Below, piece by piece: positions 30,201-37,700 of a DNA stretch of 53,878 nt. Position numbers and translations under genes: made by a program. Location: positions 1 through 53,878 of the IMG/VR virus record IMGVR_UViG_3300049172_000115; one strand, 5' to 3'. The DNA comes from a virus (lineage: Duplodnaviria; Caudoviricetes). Each line of letters starts with the position of its first letter. Position 1 is the first letter of the stretch. The notes below the pieces were generated by a model that was given only the letters and a program-made list of their open reading frames with translations, was not told the origin of the DNA and did no database searches.

Positions 30201-31395
30201 CGTGCACGTCCCCGCTGGCCGGGTCGATGTCGCAGAGCAGGCCGGCCAGCTCGAAGGCCCGGGAGTCGCCGCACGCTGCGGCGCCGGCCGGGGGCGCGCC
30301 CGTGCTGTACGTGCCGGTGATGAGGTTGATCCACCCGTCCTGGGTGACGACGCCCGCGCAGTCCCGGGTGACCACCACGGCGATCGGGGTGCCGTCCGCC
30401 AGGCACAGGCCGAGCGTCGCGGCCGGGGTGGTCGGGGCCTCGCAGTCCGGGGCGGCCGGGCACACACCCACGGTGCCGGTGACGACGTACGGGGTGGCGC
30501 CGTCCAGGGCGACGTCCTCGAACGAGGCGGCGTCCCCGAGCCAGGAGTAGCGGCGCAGGAACGGGCCGACCTCGTCGCACAGGGTCAGGACCTCGGAGGC
30601 CGGCGAGGCGTACTCGCAGTCCACCGGCGCCACGGGGGTGTACGGGGCGGACGGGTCGTCCTGGTAGGTCAGGACCAGCTCGGCCGTACCGTCGCCCTGG
30701 ACGCACCACAGCTCCGAGTACGTGGCGTCTGCCTGGCCGTCGCCGTCGGTGTCGTCGCACCTCGTCCGGCAGACGGTGTCCACGCACGTCGCGGAGGCCG
30801 CGGCCTGGTCACAGGTGCCGACGGTGCCGGTGACGACGTGCGGGGTGATGCCGTCGAGGGCGAAGTCTTCGTAGGTGGCGGTGCCCTGGAGCCAGGTATA
30901 CCGGCGGAGGAACGGCCCTTCCTCGTCGCATAGCGTCACCGTCTCCGACTCGGGGCAGCCGTACGTGCAGTCCACCGGCGCGACCGGGGTGTACGGGACG
31001 GACGGGTCGTCCTGGTAGGTCAGGACCAGGTCCGCGGTGCCGTCCGCACGGATGCACCACAGCTCGCTGTATGTGGTGTCCGCTGCGCCGTCGCCGTCTG
31101 TGTCATCGCAGAGCTGCCGACAGACCGTGTCCAGACACCCCGCGTCGCAGGGGCCAGCGTCGGCCGGGAGCACTCCAGGGGTGAACACCCCGGTCGCGGC
31201 GTCGATCCAGCCGACCGCGACAGGGTCCGCGGCCGCCTCGCCGCACTCCACGCAGCCGGACCGGACGACGAGGAGGACGGTTGTGCCGTCGTCGCGGCAC
31301 AGCGGCGTAGAGGCGATCGACGGGGAGCAGCACGTCACCACCTCGACCGGGGTAGTTCCTCCGCCCGGTCCGCAGGGAACTGGCTCGACCGGCAT
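27286..31395 (-). CDS. giant Cys-rich modular repeat protein 2 (1369 aa), putative head fibre/decoration
   Basis: Same repeat unit, three CDDxDGDGxAD motifs, three inserted domains. Confidence 0.85.
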   Translation of the reverse strand: MPVEPVPCGPGGGTTPVEVVTCCSPSIASTPLCRDDGTTVLLVVRSGCVECGEAAADPVAVGWIDAATGVFTPGVLPADAGPCDAGCLDTVCRQLCDDTDGDGAADTTYSELWCIRADGTADLVLTYQDDPSVPYTPVAPVDCTYGCPESETVTLCDEEGPFLRRYTWLQGTATYEDFALDGITPHVVTGTVGTCDQAAASATCVDTVCRTRCDDTDGDGQADATYSELWCVQGDGTAELVLTYQDDPSAPYTPVAPVDCEYASPASEVLTLCDEVGPFLRRYSWLGDAASFEDVALDGATPYVVTGTVGVCPAAPDCEAPTTPAATLGLCLADGTPIAVVVTRDCAGVVTQDGWINLITGTYSTGAPPAGAAACGDSRAFELAGLLCDIDPASGDVHGLVLVEYAYNPDGSLASVRLVDPATGATYTLQGELRRCPGGTETQPEQDLTVLCDTAADGTTTAFLRDYRRDPASGQINGHTDYALDGSAYAPTGEVGQCGRLAPEPCRTSSALLVCDLPTAGEPTPTVSDTDPTPYQGTGLGAEPLPGGAANLWAGGAISIPADSAAGPGHINQHLRSIAANVQAPRPGCDTGTATVTASIRVQRTGPSSALGGNGLWALWAGSTRVAIVTTPNNTPVGYTGTLTVSGQVPAADLAAGNVRLAAMLETWHTAAHVGGWIVDQAATSVIYDQTGCETQFLRNVTVDCETGEVTAVTDTTLDGAPYTPAGEVGQCTASGGACCPEEPCRNTSSLLLCDLPTDGTPAPTVTDTPGAPYYPYTTGVAIPGAQTLWDGGTLTLPDAAGPQPGTTGTVRTAAAIIQTPRPVCDTGTAHVTVQVDVTQLGPDNGCRATGFLGLYNGTGEANRIALALAPPDTPAGWSGTLTAEADVPADDLAAGNIAVLVAFDAYDDSGTTCPPPRRTGWRLTEFAATVAYDQTGCETQFLRNVTVDCETGEVTAVTDTTLDGDPYTVTGEAGQCIPASGGGTTVQPCGDTEVVQLCDLTYDPQAPIPTPAGDFTLTGNVVAANGGTTLWFAQANQEANGVAELTVGGLLPAVLYEFRFASAWIGAGGADPVNNAAIYRLDILDGATVLATRTRNVSNGSNVFPGGVLSEDLPPLAFIAPATGAVTIRFTDLTTGGPVNDRDLFLMPFEVRTAVLTVTRTPFLRRFTFDCDGGLTSSQDLALDGATPYTVAGEVGQCAGDGDGSSVTVPPCGANTVMEACRCDDADGDGIADTDYVELLGVDCEGALTSLGTYMADLSAPYVPVAPIDCAETGEGAEPAIGVQARRVELAAGETWDAEGWPTLQSVTAIAHGGTGTVTTLDGPSTLHTGEAATWSVARDTDALLTGPLTITADTGTVTLSYTIGVTL

Positions 31396-31398
31396 CCG

Positions 31399-31872
31399 TC
31401 AGTCCTCCGGGTGCTTCTGGCGACGGTGGGTGTCCCGGCCGCGCTCGGTGGTGAACTCCTTGCCGCAGCCGGGGCACTGGAAGACGCCGTCCGGCTGTCC
31501 GGCGAGCGGCACGTACGTCTCGGGCCCTTCTGCAGCAAGGGCGACGCTGTCGGGCTCGTACGCCTCTTCAGGGACGTCGGGCAGCGGCTCGCCGGGGACG
31601 GCTTCCCGCTCCTCGGAGAAGCCGGCCGCGGTGGCGACGCCCAGGAGATCGTCGCCCTGCTCCTGCGCCTGGTCCTCGTCCGGGGAGACGTACCGGTGGC
31701 CATCCACGATGGCGCCGATCAGGAGCTCCTCGGGCATGTCGGCGAACAGGCCGGCCGGGACGGCGAACGTCGAGGTGCCGGCGGTGCGCACCTTCGGTGT
31801 CTGGGCGACCGCCCAGCGGGCGAACGGCACGCGCTGTTCAGCGGTCGGCCGGATCTGGATGAAGTCGGTCAC
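31399..31872 (-). CDS. acidic phage protein with C-terminal C2H2 zinc finger
   Basis: GTG 31872; FQCPGCGKEFTTERGRDTHRRQKH. Confidence 0.75.
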   Translation of the reverse strand: MTDFIQIRPTAEQRVPFARWAVAQTPKVRTAGTSTFAVPAGLFADMPEELLIGAIVDGHRYVSPDEDQAQEQGDDLLGVATAAGFSEEREAVPGEPLPDVPEEAYEPDSVALAAEGPETYVPLAGQPDGVFQCPGCGKEFTTERGRDTHRRQKHPED

Positions 31873-32708
31873 GGGCAAGTCACCACCTGGATCGCGCACA
31901 CGGTGCAGGTCGTGGCGACGACGTACGTGCGCTCGACCAGCACGCGCCGGTCGTTGGTGCGCGTGTTGACGGAGGCCCCGGGGCGATCCGGGATGGTCAT
32001 GGTCGGGCCGCGGCGGATGATGACCGGGCCGGTGATGTAGAGCCACGCCGTGCCGGGGTCGGCGGGCAGGTTCCCGGGGCCGGTGTTCATGGCGGAGTAG
32101 CCGGCGCCGATGATCGCGCAGTTCCCGGCGAGGGTCGTCAGGTTGCCGCTGGCAGGGTCTTCGCGGACGAGGTTGCAGCAGCCGAGGAGGGCGGCGACAC
32201 CGGCCGGGATGTGCAGGACGCCGCGGCCGCCGTACTGCTCGGCCAGGCAGCCTTCCAGCGCGGCGACCCCTTGGGCGATGTTCACCGGGCCGCCTGCGGG
32301 GGTGAGGTCTTCCGCCGTCATCGCCAGGTGGTCGGACCAGAACCCGGCTTCGACAGCTTCTTGCTCGCCGAGAGCGAGTGAGGCTTCGGCGTGTTCGCGG
32401 GCCTCGGCGTACGACCAGCCCATCGTGGAGCACTCGGCTCCGGCGTACACCGTGATCGGGTCGGCGTGCTCGATTGTGGGCCGGTTGAACTCCTTCTCCA
32501 GCGGCCCGGGTGACTCGTCGCCCGGGGACTCGTCACTCAGGCACGGGTCTCGCCAGACGTTGACCGGCTGGCAGCCCAGCGACAGCCACTCGACACCCAG
32601 GAGTTCGTGGGTGTCGTCCACGTCTCGGATGTCGGTGCAGGCGCCGAGGATTCCGTGGGGCAGCGGTTCGCCTGGGATCGGCTCGACGGCTTTCCTCATG
32701 CCCGCCAT
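31869..32708 (-). CDS. second capsid protein (major capsid pentamer-like)
   Basis: TVYAGAECS...GEQEAVE, WLYITGPVIIRRG, TNDRRVLVERTYVV; directly after the major capsid gene. Confidence 0.7.
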   Translation of the reverse strand: MAGMRKAVEPIPGEPLPHGILGACTDIRDVDDTHELLGVEWLSLGCQPVNVWRDPCLSDESPGDESPGPLEKEFNRPTIEHADPITVYAGAECSTMGWSYAEAREHAEASLALGEQEAVEAGFWSDHLAMTAEDLTPAGGPVNIAQGVAALEGCLAEQYGGRGVLHIPAGVAALLGCCNLVREDPASGNLTTLAGNCAIIGAGYSAMNTGPGNLPADPGTAWLYITGPVIIRRGPTMTIPDRPGASVNTRTNDRRVLVERTYVVATTCTVCAIQVVTCP

Positions 32709-32735
32709 CGCTCGCCTCCGTTCTCAAACTGGGGT

Positions 32736-32770
32736 GTGCCGGGCCTGTGTTCAGGTCACAGGCCCGGCAC
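32736..32770 (-). terminator. hairpin after major capsid gene
   Basis: gtgccgggcctgtg-N7-cacaggcccggcac. Confidence 0.7.
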
Positions 32771-32787
32771 ACGGCTGGGGGCGAGGG

Positions 32788-34425
32788 TCAGGCGATCGGG
32801 CAGGTGAGCGCGGTCTGGCCGCCGGTGGTACCCGAGGGGCAGACCGGGATCGTGATGGCGCGGGTGTCGACGGACCGGTCGACCAGGGCGACGCATTCCT
32901 CGGAGAACAACGCCGTGTAATCGTTGGTGGAGAACTTCGTGCTGTCGTGGATGACGCCGAGGTTGACCTCTTCGCCACGGCCGATCTGGAGCGAGCCGGC
33001 CGGGTACATCAGCACCTGCATCGCGGTGGGCCAGTCGAGCGCCGGCGTCGGACCGCCGATGTCGGTCGGGACGGCGGGGGCGAGGCCCCGGGCCCACTGG
33101 ACACGGACCCCCAGGCGGCTGAACGCGTCCTGAATGCAGCCCGGGTCGATCTCGCAGACGTCCTTGCCGTTCTGGCGGGCGATGTCGGCGAGGAACATGT
33201 TCCTCGTCCACCAGGGGAAGACCACTTCGAGCGCCGTCGTCTCACACAGGGAGTGGCGCTCGATCATGTCGGCGGCCTGCAGGGCGATCGCCGCGTAGAC
33301 GGCGGACACCGCACCGAACGTCGCCGGCAGAACGACCGGCGTCGCCGTGGCGAGCGCCTGCTCGTACAGGACGGAGCGGATCCGGATCTCGTGCGCCACC
33401 ATGGCGTTGCGCAGGTACCAGGCGACCAGCTCGGGGAAGTGGCGCTGCGTCAGGATGCCCGCTTCCAGACAGACTCCGACCGCGTCACAGCGGACCTCGA
33501 CGGGGTCGGGGCACGGGATGCGGAAGCAGGGCTTGGTAGCACCCGAGATGTCGTCGGCCTCGGTGTGCACCCACGTCATGGCGGACACGTCGAGCGACAG
33601 CGGCTTGTAGTAGCGCAGGCCGCCTCGAGCGAGCTGGATCTCCGGGGCGTCCCACAGCATGTCGGGGCACGCCGTGTCGGTCAGCTCGTAGATCGTCTCC
33701 GACGGTGCGCACCAGCCGCCGGACGCCACGAGGTCCTGCTGCGGCAGGCGCCGCTGGCTGGAGGCGTGGAGCGACACCGTGGTGCCCTCCGGCGCCGACG
33801 AGGAGTCGGTGACGATCAGGTCGTCCGCGTACGGGTGCCGGTAGGAGATGACCTGGCCCACGCCGCCGCCCGCGGTCTTCAGGGCGTTGGCGCGGGAGAT
33901 GATGCCGGCGGTGATGCCGTCGAAGGCCAGCGGCTGGCCCGGCGTGTAGCCGGGGACGTCGACCGCCGCGGTGATGCTCGTGCCCGGGGCGGGCGGCTCG
34001 GGCAGGACGCGCGGCTGCTTGCGGCGGACGCCGGCCAGGTTGAGCGCGGGGCGCTGGACGACGGCCGCGGTGACCTGCGGGGCGGGCTCCGGCTCGGGCT
34101 CCTCGACTGCTGCGGCGACGGTCTCGTCGCCTTCGCCGCTGTCCTCGCCCTCGGCGGCTTCGGCTGCGGCGTCCGGGCCGCGCACCTGGGCGGCGAGGGA
34201 GTCGATCTCGGCGGCGGCCTGCTGGGCGGCCTCGTGGCGCGCTGCCTGCTCGGTGCGGATCGAGTCGACGCACGTGGCGAGCGAACGCAGGGACTCGAGG
34301 TCCTTCGTCGTGACGGTGGTGGACTGCGACCTGGTGTCGAATGCCTCAACGGCGCCTGCGAGCGCCTCGTTCAGCTCGTCGTCGCTGAGGGCGGAGACGT
34401 CCTCGGGGATCTCAAAATCGGCCAT
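32788..34425 (-). CDS. major capsid protein (hexamer-type) with N-terminal scaffold-like region
   Basis: LVASGGWCAPSETIYEL, RGGLRY, KPCFRIPCP, HDST...NDYTALFSEE. Confidence 0.9.
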   Translation of the reverse strand: MADFEIPEDVSALSDDELNEALAGAVEAFDTRSQSTTVTTKDLESLRSLATCVDSIRTEQAARHEAAQQAAAEIDSLAAQVRGPDAAAEAAEGEDSGEGDETVAAAVEEPEPEPAPQVTAAVVQRPALNLAGVRRKQPRVLPEPPAPGTSITAAVDVPGYTPGQPLAFDGITAGIISRANALKTAGGGVGQVISYRHPYADDLIVTDSSSAPEGTTVSLHASSQRRLPQQDLVASGGWCAPSETIYELTDTACPDMLWDAPEIQLARGGLRYYKPLSLDVSAMTWVHTEADDISGATKPCFRIPCPDPVEVRCDAVGVCLEAGILTQRHFPELVAWYLRNAMVAHEIRIRSVLYEQALATATPVVLPATFGAVSAVYAAIALQAADMIERHSLCETTALEVVFPWWTRNMFLADIARQNGKDVCEIDPGCIQDAFSRLGVRVQWARGLAPAVPTDIGGPTPALDWPTAMQVLMYPAGSLQIGRGEEVNLGVIHDSTKFSTNDYTALFSEECVALVDRSVDTRAITIPVCPSGTTGGQTALTCPIA

Positions 34426-34457
34426 GGCCGGGCACTCTCCGTAGAGCGGTAGCGAGT

Positions 34458-34526
34458 GCCCGGCCCAAAACCAGCAGCGTCAGCGTGAGCGGTCGGGTCG
34501 TGTCACGACCGCTCGGAGCCAGCATA
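34458..34526 (-). promoter_or_regulatory. late leader motif copy 6 with -10 box TATGCT
   Basis: GCTGCTGGTTTTGGGCCGGGC (34478-34458); -10 at 34526-34521 separated by an extra hairpin. Confidence 0.7.
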
Positions 34527-34568
34527 GCCCGAGGCGGTTCCCCGGAGCGGGCTCGTGTCAAGCAGGGA

Positions 34569-34742
34569 TCACCCCTGCTTGGCCGTGGCGGTGGCCTCCT
34601 TCGGCCGGACGATGCTGTTCTCGTACCGCTTGGCCACAGCCTTGGCGGTCGGCTCCAATCCGGAGGTGAACAGCACCTTCCCCGTGCCGCCGTTCGCGAC
34701 GACTTCGAACTGCTGACGCTTTCCCTTGCAGGCGCAAGCCAT
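34569..34742 (-). CDS. 57-aa basic phage protein (not in ORF track)
   Basis: MACACKGKRQQFEVVANGGTGKVLFTSGLEPTAKAVAKRYENSIVRPKEATATAKQG; start overlaps upstream stop. Confidence 0.7.
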   Translation of the reverse strand: MACACKGKRQQFEVVANGGTGKVLFTSGLEPTAKAVAKRYENSIVRPKEATATAKQG

Positions 34743-37700
34743 CAGGCTTCCCCTTCCGTTGCGGTGGTGTTGCCGGCCGCGATCTCCTCGCGGGCCGGAG
34801 CGATGATCGACGCGGCGAGACGCGCGGCTTCTTCCTTGGCTGCCTCCCGCTGTTCCTGGTGGCGGTTCATGGCCGTCACGAGGATGTCCAGGAACGGCAC
34901 GCTGCTCAGGAGCGCCGACGCGACAGCGTCAACGTCCTGCGTCTCCACGGCCGTTGTCCGGACACTGTCCGCCGGGTTGTCCGGAGCAATGTCCGGATCC
35001 TGTCCGTGCTGCTCAGGGCGCGTATCCGCGTCCGTCACTGTGGGCCGTCCGGACATGTCCGCCGGGGTGTCCGCGAGTTGTCCGGACGCGTCCGGATGGT
35101 CGAGGACTCCGGCGGCCGATGCCGCCAGAGCGAGGTTCGAGCGTTCGGCCACCGCGGTGGCGAGCAGTGGCGAGGAGTGACCCGGCACCGGCACCGAAAG
35201 GACCGCCCGGAGCTGCCACCGGCCGTTCGAACCTTGCTTCATGTGGTAGCTGGGCTGACACCCCTGGAAGACGGCACGGTCCCAGTCGGACAACCAGGGT
35301 CCTGCCGCGCCGGAGAACCAGAGGCCGCCCGAGTTCTGGCCGACCGTGACGATGCCCGCCACGGTCCTGGTGTCGTCGAATTGGCAGGCGGCCGACTCGC
35401 ATTCGGCGCCGTCGCGGTGGTGCGGGGCGTTCATGGTGAAGGCGCCCGCCTTCACCGTCGAACCGTCGTCCAGGCTGAACCGGGCCCGCAGGAAGTGCGA
35501 GAGGTCGAGCTTGCCCAAGGACTCGATCGTGAGCTTCCGGCCCGGGTATCCGGCGTGGGGTTCGCCGGCCTGTGCGACCCAGCCGTAGATCCGGCCGTCG
35601 GCGTAGTGCACGCCGCCGGAGCCGGGCGGCAGCTCTGCCGCGGTGGGCTCCTTGAACCATGCGGCGGGCATCGGCGGGAGTTCCTTCATCGCGGTCCAGG
35701 CCGACGCCACCAGGTCCCGCATGGACTCGTCCTCGTCGCCGAGGGGCGCGGCGGACGGTTCGACGTCGGCGGAGGCGACCACGGCCATGTCGGTGGACGG
35801 GCCGACGTACAGGCCGCGGGACAGGCGGACGATCAGGCCGGCCTTCGCCGCCTTCGCGAGGTGGCCGCGCGCCGTCTCCATCTTGATCCCCAGCCCCCGG
35901 GCGACGTCGCGTGCGCCGACCGGGGCCGGGGCGGACTTCACGAAGTTCACGACCTTGAGCTGCGCCGGAGACGGGCCGGCCGCCGACCACCATTCGTCAT
36001 CGTCCTCGACCGGGCCGGGCTCGGGCTGGTCGTCCAGCACGATGCGGGCCTGGTCGTACGCGGGCATCGCCACGAGCGTCGCGCCGCGCAGCCGGGCCCG
36101 GGTGATGCGCATCAGGAGGTCGCCGGACGACTCGCGGTGCACGACCGTGCCCCGGTTCTGGTCGTCGGCGTCGCCAGCGGCCGCGGTGAGCGTGCCCGTG
36201 CCGCCGAGGGCGGCCTGGACGGTGGCGGCGGTCACGCGGCCGTCCTGGCCGGTGATGAGCTGCACCGTGGACGCCTTGCGGGAGAGAGCGTCTCCGGAGG
36301 CGGTCCACTCGGTCACCGTGGTGGCGGTCAGCGACCAGGAGCCGTCATCCATGCGGAGCATCGACACGGACGGCAGCGACGCCAGCAGCATCACCGCGCC
36401 CTCGTCTTCGTCGCGGGTGCTGCGGTCCACGAACTCCACGCTCACGTCGTCCAGGTCGACGGAGATGCCCAGCGGGGCGCGCTCCTCCAGCAGCATGAGG
36501 GCGTCGGAGCCGGCCGCCAGACCGGGGTAGAGCACTCCGGTGCCGGTGATGCGATCGGCCGCCCGCCCGAGGGTCTGGATCGATCCGGCCAGCTCTGCGC
36601 CCTGGTGGCCCATCAGCATCTCGTCGGCATACTGCAGCGGCCACGGCCCAGCACCGGACCAGTACAGCGACCCGGGCCGGAACACACGGCCGTCGCCGGT
36701 CTCGGTGTTCTCGAACGCCAGGGCCGTATCCCCTGGGGTGGACCAGGCGCGGGCCGCGAGCGGGCCGGTCGTCAGCTGTTCGTCTTCGTCCATCCTGGTT
36801 GCCTCCTCTTCCCGGCCGAGCGGGATGTCGGTGTGCTCGCCGGCGAACGCGACCCGCAGCCTGTCGAAGCGGATCGGCCCGAGGCGCTGGTTCATCGCGG
36901 TCAGCAGGGACGGGCTGCGGGTGTACGCGGCGCACACGTGGGGCTGCCACGGGCTGTGCTGCGTGGGAAGGTCGGGCTGCCGGTGCATGTCCTCCAGCGC
37001 GTAGGTGGCCGCCCAGCGGGCCGTCTCGAGCGTCGGGGCGTCCTGGGGCCGGTCGCGGTCGTCGCTGACGGACCACACCCAGCACGGGTCTTCACCGTCG
37101 GCGTTCCACTGGTTCGCACCGAACGCCCGCCCGGTGACGGGCTGGCCGATGTCGGGGGCGCGGGAGCGTAGGGCGGCGATCAGGTCGGCGCGCTGCTCCT
37201 CGTCCCAGTCGGCGCCTTCACCGAGGTAGAACAGCGTCAGGTGCAGCTCGTCGGCCGGTTCCGAGCCGGTGGCGTCGAGGACCAGGCGGGCCGCGTCCTC
37301 CTCGCTGGGCATCAGGGCGATCATCGCGCCCGTGTGACCACCGGCGGCGGTCACGGTTGAGGCGACTTCCACACTGCTCTCCTCAGATTCCAAGACGTCG
37401 GTGCGCAGTGCATCCTGCGCTTCGTAGGTCGCGGCCTGAAGTTCGGGCGCGACCGCAAGGCGGCAGCGGCAGTTGACGACGAGCGCGGCCGGGGCCGAAG
37501 GGTCGCCAGGGGCCTGCATCTCGACGCCGGCGACGGTAAACGGCTCCGCGAGCAGCTGGATCTGACCGTCCACCTCGTCGTGAGCCGACCGCACCCGGGC
37601 GTCGTGCCGCGTCACCCACTGCTTCACCAAGGGCCGGTCCGGGCCGGTCGCCGCCCGCGCCGCCGCCAGGGTGGCCGTGTTCCAGGCCCGGGTCGCTTCG

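Noticed and set aside
23198-31395. Diversity-generating retroelement or invertase shufflon acting on the giant genes
   Set aside because: No reverse transcriptase or recombinase in the window; repeats are direct and in frame, and I saw no adenine-specific mismatch pattern.
9099-34478. 21-nt motif or TGTCCGGACA clusters as a CRISPR array
   Set aside because: Copies are dispersed or irregularly spaced, there are no regular spacers, and no cas genes are present.
27409-37171. Long plus-strand ORFs (e.g. 27409-30099, 32110-34452, 34859-37171)
   Set aside because: Antisense shadows of high-GC genes with no recognisable motifs.
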